NCBI GenBank assembly: GCA_046597055.1
Contig: JBKJLC010000156.1
Location: 1 to 43,294 of the forward strand
Length of the DNA stretch: 43,294 nt
Source of the DNA: Kofleriaceae bacterium
Lineage (GTDB): Bacteria; Myxococcota_A; Polyangia; Haliangiales; Haliangiaceae
Direction of reading: 5' to 3'
The position numbers and the translations under genes were made by a program. The notes under the pieces were generated by a model. The model worked only from the letters and a program-made list of their open reading frames with translations, ran no database searches and was not told where the DNA came from. This document shows positions 17,060-27,400 of the stretch, one piece after another; within the stretch, counting starts at the first letter, position 1; every line of letters starts with the position of its first letter.

Positions 17060-20000
17060 CGGGAATCCTTTGCTACGTCGGTCACCGTCGTCGGGGGCGG
17101 CCCCGGGGTCCAGGCGATCACCAGGTCGCCGTCGCGCCGGGTGTGGACCGGCTCGCCGTCGACGATCAGGAGATCGCCGGCGGCCCGCTGGATCTCGAGC
17201 CGGCGCGGGGCGCCGAGCACGGTGCCGGTGCCGGGCCCGGTCAGCGGCGCGCGCGCCTTGGCCAGGGCCTCCTTGGCGGTCCACAGCCGCGCCATCCACT
17301 CGTCGCGCGGGCGATCGGCGCCCAGCGCCAGCTCGGCCTCGGTGAACGCGACCGCGGCGAAGCTGTCGGGGCGCGCCGCGATCCGCTCGACGTCGATGCC
17401 GCAGCGGCCGCCCGCGGGCGCGACCAGCGCGACCGCGACGTCGTCCTTGTGCGCGAGCGACACGACCAGCTCGCCGGTGCCGGGGCCGGTGATCACCGGC
17501 CGGCCGCTGGCCAGGTTGGCCACGCCGATCTCGGCCGGGAACAGCGGCCCGGCGCCGCGGGCCCACAGGTACTGGCGGACCGCGTCCTTGATCGCGATGC
17601 GGCCGAGCAACCAGCCGCGCCGGCGCCGCGGATCGAGCTGCTCGAACTCGGCGCGCTCGCGCTCCCCGAGGTAGCGCCGCATCATCAGCTCGCGCGAGGC
17701 CGCCGCTTGCCAGTGCTCGGTCACCACCACCGGGCCGTCGGGGTGGGCCACGCCCAGGGCGTTGCGCTCGGGATACATCAGGATCGCCCACACCGGATCG
17801 TCGCTGTCGAAGCGCCGGTCTTCCCAGTCGGTGATCCGGGCCCACACCTGGCCGCCGGCCGACAGCTCGAGATCGGCGTGGACCTCGCGCGCGCGGACGT
17901 CGCGGATGCGCACCGCGCAGTCGAGCCGACGCCCGGCGGTCGGCTCGGCACCGAACAGCGCGATCTGTGCGATCCGCACCGGCATCGCGAGCCGGTCGAG
18001 CGGCTCGCGCTGCATCACCCACCAGCCCATGAGCTGGCCGGCGCAATCGAGCAGCGCGCCCGGCGCCGGCAGCGCCTCGATCGCGCCGTCGACGCCGTCG
18101 TCGCCGACCGGGCCCACCGCGACCACGCCCTGGTAGGCGGGGCCGTGGAACATCCAGCGATCGCGATAGAGCTCGACCGCGGTGACCGGGCTCGGCCGCG
18201 GCGCGGTGAGCGGCCCGAGTGTCGGCGCGGGCGCGGACGGGTACGTCGCCGCCAGCCGCACGGTCGCGCGCGCGTAGCCGGGGATCTCGATCTCGACCCG
18301 GTCGTCGCCGTCGGCGCGACAGCGCAGCTCGACCGTCACGGCCGGGGCCACCGCCAGCCAGCGATAGGCGCGCACGTCCTCGAGCGCGATCGCGACCCGC
18401 GCCGGCACCAGCGTGCGGGCGGCGTCGATCATCATGCCGATGATCATCGTCATCGGGACCACCGGGTAACGATCCGACACGGTCGGCCAGCCCGCGGGCT
18501 GGCGGTAGAAGCAGTGATCGAGCAGCGCCGGCTCGGCCTCGATCGACAGCGCGCGGCGCAGGATCAGCTCGCGCGGGAACGCCGGCGGCGCGGCCGCGGC
18601 CCGGGCCCAGGCGTCGACCACGGCCTGGCCGGCGCTGGCCGCCTCGTGCAGGGTCGCGAGCAGCTCGGCGACCACCGGATGGCTCGCGGCGAGCCCGCTC
18701 GGGATCGACGGCGCGATCCCCGGCGGCAGCGCGAATGCGGGTGGCGCGCCCGGCAGCGTGAGCGGCCCGATCGACGCGCCCAGGCGCACCAGCGGCGCAC
18801 CCAGCGCGAGCCGCTGGGTCGAGCGCGCGACGGCCACCGGCGCCGGCGCGGTCGCCGCGCGGGCGTCGAAGCCCTCGACGAACAGCGCGGCCGCGACCCG
18901 GGTCAGCTGCAGCACGCCGGCGTCCTTCGCCGAGCTGGCGGCGATCGCGACGTGGTCGCGACCGCGCAGGGTGTCGCCGACGAAGTTGACCAGGCTGCCG
19001 ACGCCGAGCTGCACGAACGCGCGCACGCCGTCGTCGTGGAGCCGCTCGATCAGCTCGCGGAAGCGCACCGGCCGGACCAGGTGCGCGACCGCGAGCGCGC
19101 GGATCTCGGCGGGCGCCTCGGGATAGGGCGCGCAGGTGGTCGCCGACCACAGCGGCACCCGACCGTGCTGCAGCCCGAGCGCGCCGAGGTGCCGGCGGTG
19201 CGGCTCGAGGTGCTCGGCCAGCAGCGGCGAGTGAAAGCCCGACCGGAACGGCAGCTGCTGACACAGCACGCCGCGCGCGGCCAGCCGCGCCAGCGCGACC
19301 CGGATCGACTCGCGCCGGCCGCACAGGATGCTCTGGTGCGGGCAGTTGTCGTGCGAGACCGCGATCTCGTCGAGGCCCTCGATCCCGGCGTGCGCGCCCT
19401 CGACACCGCAGCCGACCGCGGCGAACACCACGTCGGGCACCTCGAGGCTGCCGGCGGGCAGCCCGGCCAGGAACGTGTCGATGGTGCCGGGCGGCACCAT
19501 CTCGCTCGCGACCATCGCGGTCCACTCGCCGATGCTGTGGCCGGCCATCACGTCGGGGTGCACGCCCATCCGCGCCAGCACCGTGAACAGCAGGCGCCCG
19601 AGCGCGAACACGCCCAGGCCCTGGCGCTCGAGCGCCCGCGAGGTGCCGTCGGTGACCACCGCGGCCTCGAGCGCCGGCGCCAGCGGCAGGTCGAAGTGGC
19701 GGGCGACGTCGGCGATCTGCGGGGCGAAGCCGACCTCGATGCCGGGGAACAAGAAGGCGATGCGGCCACCCTCGGCGGCGAGCCCGGCTGGCGAGAACCA
19801 CAGGTCGCGGTTGCCCCGCCAGGGCCGGCCGCGATCGATCACCGTGCGCGCGAGCGCGCGGCGCTCGGGGGTCGGATCGAACAGGGCCAGGCGCACCGGG
19901 CCGGTGCCGGTCGCCGGGTCGCCCGCCGCGGCGGTCGCGAGCGCGGCGCGCAGCTCTTCGCTCGAGCGGGCCGCGAGCAGGAGGACCGGCGCCGGCGCCA

Positions 20001-21447
20001 CCACCGGCCGGTTCACCCCGAGCGCAGCGGCGACGGGCGGCCCGCCCCGGCGGCGCCCGGCCCCGCCCGCGCTGGCGTGGGCCTCGACGACGACGTGGGC
20101 GTTGATGCCGCCGAAGCCGAACGCGCTGACGCCGGCGAGCCGCGGCCGCTCGCCCCACGGCTCGGCAGTCGCGAGCGTGCGAAACCGGGTCTGCGCGAGC
20201 TCGGCGCGGGGCTCCTCGCAGTGGAGCGTCGGTGGCTGCACGCCGTGGAACAGCGCGAGGGCGGTCTTGATCAGCCCGGCCGCGCCGGCCGCCGGCATGG
20301 CGTGGCCGATCATCGATTTCACCGAGCCCAGGTTGGCGCGCGCCTCGCCGGGCGCCGCCGACCCGAAGAAGCGGCCCAGCGCGTCGAGCTCGACCTCGTC
20401 GCCGGCCGGGGTCCCGGTGCCGTGGGCTTCGAGCATGCCGACCGCCGCCGGATCGCGGCCGGCCGCGCGCCACGCCTGCGCCAGCACCGCGAGCTGGCCC
20501 TCGAGCCGCGGCTTCATCGGGCTGGCGTCGCGGCCATCGCTGGTCACGCCGGTGCCGCGGATCACGGCGTAGATCCGGTCGCCGTCGCGCTCGGCGTCGG
20601 CGAGCCGCTTGAGCACCAGCAGGCCGGCGCCCTCGCCGATCAGGATGCCGTCGGCGCGCCGGTCGAACGGGCGGATCGCCCCGGCCCGGCTGAGCGCGCC
20701 GAGCTGGGTGAAGACGCTCCAGAACGTGACGTCGTGGCAGACATGGACGCCACCGGCGATCACGACGTCGCAGCGCTGGTCGGCGAGCTCGCGGCAGCCC
20801 TGGTCGACCGCGAGCAGCGAGCTCGCGCACGCGGCGTCGACGGTGTACGCGGGGCCGCGCAGGTCGAGCCGGCTGGCCAGGCGCGACGCGGCCAGGTTGG
20901 GGACCAGGCCGAACGCAGCCTCGGGGCCGAGGTCGCCGGCGCTGGCGGCGAACGCGACCCGCACCCGCTCGAGCGTGGCCGCGTCGAGCCCGGGCACCAG
21001 CTCGGCCAGCGTGGTCACCAGCTGCTGCGGCGTGCGCACCCGCTGCGACAGCCGCGCCATGCCGGGCGTGAGGTAGCCGCCACGGCCGAGGATCACCCCG
21101 GCGCGGTCGCCCGCCAGCGCGCGGCCCTTGCCATAGCCGGCGTCGGCGAGGGCGCGGCCGGCGACGTGGAGCGCGAGCAGCTGATCGGGCTCGGCGCCGG
21201 CCGCCGCGATCGGCATGACGCCGAACGCGACCGGATCGAACACCGCGCCGTCGTCGACGAAGCCGCCGCGCCGGCAGTAGAAGCGATCGGCGGCGCTGGC
21301 GGCCGGATCGAAGAACACCGGATCCCACCGGTGCGCGGGCACGTCGCTGATCGCGTCGACGCCGCCCTCGAGGTTGCGCCAGTAGGTGTCGAGGTCGGGG
21401 GCGGCCGGGTAGACCGCCGCCATCCCGACGATCGCGACCTCAGTCAC
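17056..21447 (-). CDS. Type I PKS, KS-AT-DH-PPTase (PfaA/HglE-like KS)
   Basis: KS: DAACASS, EAHGTGT, KSMIGHAM; AT: GHSIG, GFHS; DH: LLDHC...PVVP, MFHGPAYQG; PPTase: GIDVE, WTAKEALAKA. Confidence 0.92.
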   Translation of the reverse strand: MTEVAIVGMAAVYPAAPDLDTYWRNLEGGVDAISDVPAHRWDPVFFDPAASAADRFYCRRGGFVDDGAVFDPVAFGVMPIAAAGAEPDQLLALHVAGRALADAGYGKGRALAGDRAGVILGRGGYLTPGMARLSQRVRTPQQLVTTLAELVPGLDAATLERVRVAFAASAGDLGPEAAFGLVPNLAASRLASRLDLRGPAYTVDAACASSLLAVDQGCRELADQRCDVVIAGGVHVCHDVTFWSVFTQLGALSRAGAIRPFDRRADGILIGEGAGLLVLKRLADAERDGDRIYAVIRGTGVTSDGRDASPMKPRLEGQLAVLAQAWRAAGRDPAAVGMLEAHGTGTPAGDEVELDALGRFFGSAAPGEARANLGSVKSMIGHAMPAAGAAGLIKTALALFHGVQPPTLHCEEPRAELAQTRFRTLATAEPWGERPRLAGVSAFGFGGINAHVVVEAHASAGGAGRRRGGPPVAAALGVNRPVVAPAPVLLLAARSSEELRAALATAAAGDPATGTGPVRLALFDPTPERRALARTVIDRGRPWRGNRDLWFSPAGLAAEGGRIAFLFPGIEVGFAPQIADVARHFDLPLAPALEAAVVTDGTSRALERQGLGVFALGRLLFTVLARMGVHPDVMAGHSIGEWTAMVASEMVPPGTIDTFLAGLPAGSLEVPDVVFAAVGCGVEGAHAGIEGLDEIAVSHDNCPHQSILCGRRESIRVALARLAARGVLCQQLPFRSGFHSPLLAEHLEPHRRHLGALGLQHGRVPLWSATTCAPYPEAPAEIRALAVAHLVRPVRFRELIERLHDDGVRAFVQLGVGSLVNFVGDTLRGRDHVAIAASSAKDAGVLQLTRVAAALFVEGFDARAATAPAPVAVARSTQRLALGAPLVRLGASIGPLTLPGAPPAFALPPGIAPSIPSGLAASHPVVAELLATLHEAASAGQAVVDAWARAAAAPPAFPRELILRRALSIEAEPALLDHCFYRQPAGWPTVSDRYPVVPMTMIIGMMIDAARTLVPARVAIALEDVRAYRWLAVAPAVTVELRCRADGDDRVEIEIPGYARATVRLAATYPSAPAPTLGPLTAPRPSPVTAVELYRDRWMFHGPAYQGVVAVGPVGDDGVDGAIEALPAPGALLDCAGQLMGWWVMQREPLDRLAMPVRIAQIALFGAEPTAGRRLDCAVRIRDVRAREVHADLELSAGGQVWARITDWEDRRFDSDDPVWAILMYPERNALGVAHPDGPVVVTEHWQAAASRELMMRRYLGERERAEFEQLDPRRRRGWLLGRIAIKDAVRQYLWARGAGPLFPAEIGVANLASGRPVITGPGTGELVVSLAHKDDVAVALVAPAGGRCGIDVERIAARPDSFAAVAFTEAELALGADRPRDEWMARLWTAKEALAKARAPLTGPGTGTVLGAPRRLEIQRAAGDLLIVDGEPVHTRRDGDLVIAWTPGPPPTTVTDVAKDSR

Positions 21448-24400
21448 CTTGGGCCGCCAGCGCGTCGACGCGGGGCGGGGCCAGGTGCGCCGGCTCGGCC
21501 GGCGGCAGCGCGCTGACGGTGCGGGGCCGGAACCGCGCCGGGTCGCCCGCCATCAGGATGACCTGGGCGTCACCGGCGCCGTCGCGCAGCTCGGCGAACA
21601 GCGCCTCGATGCCGGCGGCGGGCTCGATCAGCCCGATGCCGCGGCGCGCGTACTCGCGCTCCAGCTCGGGCGAGACCATGCCGGCGCCGGCCCAGGGGCC
21701 CCAGTCGATCGAGACCACCCGGCCGCCCAGGCGGCGATCGAGCGACCACGCCAGCTGGTCGAGCGCGTCGTTGGCGGCCGCGTAGTCGACCTGCCCGCGG
21801 TTACCGAACGCGCCGGCGACGCTGCCGAACAGGATCACGAACCGCACGTCGGCGCGCAGCCGGTCGGCCAGGGTCATCGCGCCGTCGAGCTTGGTGCCGA
21901 AGACCCGCTCGAACGACTCGACGGTCTTGTGGCGGATCAGCTTGTCCTCCAGCACGCCGGCGCCGTGGACCACGCCGTCGAGGCGACCGTGGCGCGCGTA
22001 GATGTCGTCGACCAGGTGCGCGAACGCCGGGCTGCGCACGTCGATCGGGTGGTACGCGACCTCGGCGCCGGCGGCGCGGATCGCGGTCAGGTTGGCGCGC
22101 ACCTCGCGCGCGGCCAGGAGCTGGGCGCACGTGGCCTCGATCGCGGCCGGGGGCCGGCCCGGCTCGCGCGCGATCAGCAGGCGGCGCAGCGCCGGCGCGT
22201 CGGCGGCCGCCGCCAGGTCGGCGGCCTCGACCGCGGGCGGCAGCGGCGACCGTCCGACCAGCTCGATCTTGCACCGGTAGCGGCGCGCGAGCTCGAGCGC
22301 GACCTGCGCGGTGATGCCACGCGCACCGCCGGTCAAGAGGACCACCGAGTCGGCGCCCAGCGCGATCGGGGTGCCGGGTCCGTCGTGCTCCGCGGCGACC
22401 ACCGCCAGCGTCGAGCGCACGCCGGCCGGATAGCCGACCTCGACCAGATCATCGGCGGCCAGCAGCTCGGCGCGCAGGTGCGCGGCGAGGACCCCGAGGT
22501 CGTCGCGCGGATCGAGGTCGACGACCTTGGCCCGGACCGTCGGCCACTCGGCCGCGAGGGTCTTCACGATCCCGGCGGCGCCGCCGGTCGCGGTGAGCGC
22601 GCTGGGGTCACCGCGCCGGCCGAAGTGGCCGCCGTGGCCGGTCGCGACCAGCACCACCTGGGCCCCGCCGAGCACCTGGGCGCGCAGCTGCTCGAACAGC
22701 GTGCGCATCGCGGCGGTCGGCTCGGTGGGGCCGTCGAAGGTGACGTCGACCGCGCGGATCCCCTCGAGCCGGAGCGCGCCGAGATGGATGAAGCCATCGC
22801 CGGGGATCGCGGCGTCGCCGGTGACCGGGTCGGGACCGGTCACGATCCGGGTGGTGGCGCCGTCGGCGTGCAGCAGCGCGGCGAGCCGGGTCGCGATCCC
22901 GCGGCCGTCGTCGTGCAGCGTGAAGCGTCGGCCGGCCAGGCGGTTGCGGCCGTCGCCGGGGTGCGGGGCCTCGACGACGTCGAGCACGTGGCGGGTGAGC
23001 GCGGCGACCGGGCTGACCGCGACCGGCGCGGCCGGCAAGGCCGCCACCGCCGGCGGAGTCGCCGCGGGCGCGGCCGGCGACCGCAGCGCCTCGAGCCGCG
23101 CGGCCAGCCACGTGACCATCGCGCGCAGGGTCTTGCGAGTCGCGAGCTCCTCGATCATCGCGTCGCCGTCGCCGCCGCCCTGGTCGACCTGCAGCCCGAG
23201 GCGCGCGGCCAGCTCGCCGACGATCTCGATCCGCTTGATCGAATCGATGCTCAGGTCGGCCTCGAGATCCAGATCGGGCCCGAGCGTCTCGGCCGGATAG
23301 CCGGTGCGCTCGCTGACGATCGCGAGCACCAGCTCCATCGGATCGATGATCACCGACGCCGCCGGGGCGGTCACCACCGACGCCGCGACCACCTCGATCG
23401 CCGGGGCCGGGCCGACCGTGATCGACGGGGCGTCGACGTAACGGACCGCCGGCGCCGCGGCCTGGCCGAGGTAGCCGAGCATGATGTCGCGCTGGGCGGC
23501 GATCAGCTCGCGGGTGCCGCGCAGGTACTCGAGCACCACCGCGTCGCGCTCGCTGGTCGCGCCCACCCGCGCGGTGGCCACCACGTTGCCGACGCCATTG
23601 ATCGGAATGACCTGACCGTTCATCGGTACTCCCCTGCCGGTGGTCGAGATCCCCCCGCCGTGCCCGTTGCTCGCGTGCGCCGGTGCCAGCCGCGGACGCG
23701 CCGGCGGTGCCACCACCGGGCGCGCGGTGTGGCCGTTGATGAGCCACCCGACCGACACCTTCGCCGGCGCCGCCACCCGGGCCGGCTCGAGCTCGACCAG
23801 CGCCGCGTCGCGGTCCCAGAACAGCGCCCCGGCATCGACGCCGATGCCGCGCACCGCCAGCGCGCCGAGCGCGCGCAGGAGCGGCCGGACCCCGGCGTCG
23901 CCGCCGTGATCGCACGCGACCGCCAGGTGCGGCCGATCGCCGAGGATGGCGCCGACCAGGTTGGTGAGCACCTGGCCCGGCCCGGTCTCGACGAAGACCC
24001 GGGCCCCCGCCGCGTACATCGCCTCGATCTCCTCGACGAACCGCACCGGCCGCGCGACCTGCGCGGCGAGCAGCGCGCGCACGGCGTCGGGCTCGTGCGG
24101 GTACGCCCCCGCGGTGGTGTTCGAGTACACCGGCACGGTCGGGGCCGCGATCGGCACCTGCGCCAGCCGGGCGCCGAGCGTGTGCTGGGCGCCGGCGACG
24201 ATCGGGCTATGGAACGCACACGCCACCGGCAGCCGGCGCGCGGTCAGCCCGCGCGCGATCAGCTGGGCCTGCACGGCCTCGACCGCCACGGTCGAGCCCG
24301 ACAGCACGGTCTGGCCGGGCGAGTTGTGGTTGGCGACCACCACGCCATCGGACGCCGCCGCGATCGTGGCGACCAGCGCGGCCTCGCCGGCGACCGCCAG

Positions 24401-27400
24401 CATCGCGCCCGGCTCGGCGCCGGCCGCGGCCAGGATGAGCTCGCCGCGCGCCTCGCTCAGCGCCAGCAGGTCGCGCTCGTCGATCACCCCGGCGATGCAC
24501 AGCGCCGCCAGCTCGCCGTAGCTGTGGCCGGCGGTCATGTCGGGGAACACGCCGAGCGACTGCAGCAACTCGGCGACCGCGAGGTCGGCGATGCCGAGCG
24601 CGGGCTGGGCGACCCGGGTATCGGTGAGCGCCGCCGCCTGGGCCGCGCGCTCGCCCGCGCCGAACGCGGCCGGCGGGAACATGCGACCGGCCCAGCGCTC
24701 GCCCAGCGCGAGCAGGCGCTGCAGCCGCGGGAACGCGATGAACAGCTCGGCCAGCATGCCGAGCTTCTGGCTGCCCTGGCCCGGGCACAGGAACGCGACC
24801 GCGCCGCGGTCGTCGCCCACGGTGGCGACGTACACGCCGCGGCGATCGGCGCGCAGCTCGCGCGCGAGATCGAGCTTGCCGATCAGGTCGGCGACGTCGT
24901 CGGCGACCACCGCCAGCTGCACCGGGCCGCGGCCGGCCGCGCACACCGAGCGGGCCAGATCGCGCAGGCGCAGCGCCGACGCGTCGGGACGTCGCGCCGC
25001 CAGCAGCGCGCGCAGCCGGTCGACGGTCGCGACCGCGGCCGCCGGGTCGACGCCGCGGAACAGCAGCAGCTCGGCCGGCCAGGTCGCGCCGGTCGCGGCC
25101 GGCGCGCCGCCGCGATGCGAGGCCAGGACCAGATGGAAGTTGGTGCCACCGAAGCCGAACGCGCTCACCGCCGCCACCCGCTCGGCGGCCGGCCACGGCT
25201 GGGCCTCGGCGAGGAACGCGAACGGGCTGGTGTCGCTGCGCCAGTACGGGTTGGGCTGGCGCAGGTTGAGCGTCGGCGGCAAGACGCCGTGGTGCACCGC
25301 GAGCGCGGCCTTGATGAGGCCGGCCATGCCGGCGGCGCACTTGGTGTGACCGATCTGCGACTTCACCGAGCCGAGCACGCACGCGCCGGCGGCCACGCCC
25401 GCGCCGGCATAGACCTCGGTCAGGGTCGCCAGCTCGGTGCGATCGCCGACCACGGTGCCGGTGCCGTGGGCCTCGACCAACCCGACCTGGGCCGGCGACA
25501 CCCCCGCTCGCCGGTAGGCGCGCTCGAGCGCGCGGATCTGGCCGTCCTTGCGCGGCGCGGTCAGCCCGAGGCTCTTGCCGTCGCTGCCGCCGGCCACGCC
25601 CTTGATGACCGCGTAGACCCGATCGCCGTCGCGCTCGGCGTCGGCCAGCCGCTTGAGCACCACGCAGCCGACGCCCTCGCCGAGGACGATGCCGTCGGCG
25701 TTGGCGTCGAAGGTGTGGCACTGCCCGGTCGGCGACAGCGCGTGCACGCTGGCGAACAGCAGGTAGTCGTTGATGCTGTTGTGCAGGTCGGCGCCGCCGC
25801 ACAGCACCATGTCGCTGGTGCCGCCGACCAGCTCCTTGACCGCGAGGTCGACCGCGGCCAGCGACGCCGCGCACGCGGCATCGACGGTGTAGTTGACGCC
25901 GCCGAGGTCGAGCCGGTTGGCGATGCGGCCGGCGATCACGTTGGCGAGCACGCCCGGGAACGAGTCCTCGGTGAGGACCGGCAGCGTGGCCTCGAGCGCG
26001 GCCGGCAGCGGCCCCACGTAGTGCGGGAACATCGCGCGGAAGCCGTAGGCGCTCGACAGATCGGTGCCGGCCTCGGCCCCGAAGATCACCGACGTGCGCT
26101 CGCGGTCGAAGGCGCGCTCGGCGTAGCCGGCGTCGGCCAGCGCGCGCCTGGCGATCTCCAGGCTGAGCAGCTGCACCGGCTCGATCGCCTCGAGCGAGCG
26201 CGGCGGGATGCCGTACGCGAGCGGGTCGAACGCGATGTCGTCGAGGAAGCCGCCCCACTTGCACGGGGTCTTGCGGCCGGCGCCGGCGCCGGTCGCGGCC
26301 GGATCGTAGTAGGTCTCGACGCTCCACCGCTCGGGCGGGACCTCGCGGATCGCGTTCTTGCCGGCGACGATGTTGCGCCAGAACGTGTCGGTGTCGGGCG
26401 CGCCGGCGAAGATCGCGGCCAGGCCCACGATCGCGATGTCGGCGCTCGCGCCCGGCCCCTCGGCGTCGACCACGACCTCGGCCAGCCGCGCGGCCACCGC
26501 GGCGAGCGCGGCGGTGCCGCCCTCGCTGACGTCGCGATGGAGCTCGGCCATCGAGCAGGTCGCGCGCCGCAACGCCGCGACCTGGCCGATCATGTACATG
26601 CCCTGGTCCCGCTGGGCGGCGGCGTCGACCGCGACCAGGGCCGCGCCGTCGCGGCGCAGGCCCTTGGCCGCGACCCGCAGGCGGCCGAGGTTGAGCTGCT
26701 CGAGCGCGGCCCACACCTCCTGGGCCGGGGTGCCGGCCTGCTCGAGCCGGCGCTTCTCGTCGGTGAACGCGGCCGCGAACGCGGTGTCGGCGCAGCGGGT
26801 GGCGTGGCCGGGCCCGGTCTCGAGCAGCACGGTGTGATCGCACGCGATCGCGGCGGCCTGGAAGCCGGGCTGGATCGCGCCGGCGGCGACCGCCTCGTCG
26901 GTGAACAGGTAGGCGGTGCCCATCAGCACGCCGATGCGCGCGCCGCGCGCGGCCAGCGGCGCGGCCATCGCGGCGACCATGGCGGCCGAGCGCGCGTCGT
27001 GGATGCCGCCGGCGAACAGCACGCTCAGCTCCTCGGGCGCGGGGTGGGCGAGCAGCCGCTCGATCTGCACCTCCCACAGCGCGAAGCTCGAGCGCGGCCC
27101 GACGTGGCCACCACACTCGCGGCCCTCGAACACGAACCGGCGGGCGCCGTCGCGGAGGAACAGGTCGAGCAGGCCGGGCGACGGCACGTGCAGGTAGGTC
27201 GCGGTGCCCTGGGCATCGAGCGCGCCCGCCTGCGACGGCCGGCCGCCGGCGATCAGCGCAACCGGCGGCCGGATGTCGCGCAGCACGGCGAGCTGCTGCT
27301 CGCGGATCTCCTGGGGCACGAACCCGAGGATGCCCACGCCCCACGGCCGATCGCCGAGCAGCGCCGCGGTCTCGACCAGGAGCGCGCGCACCTCGCCGCC

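Noticed and set aside
10814..21328. Apparent giant fusions in the track (10814..14104, 12205..15078, 16760..21328)
   Set aside because: Upstream parts are Arg/Pro/Ala-rich off-frame readings of neighbouring genes; true starts coincide with stop/start overlaps.
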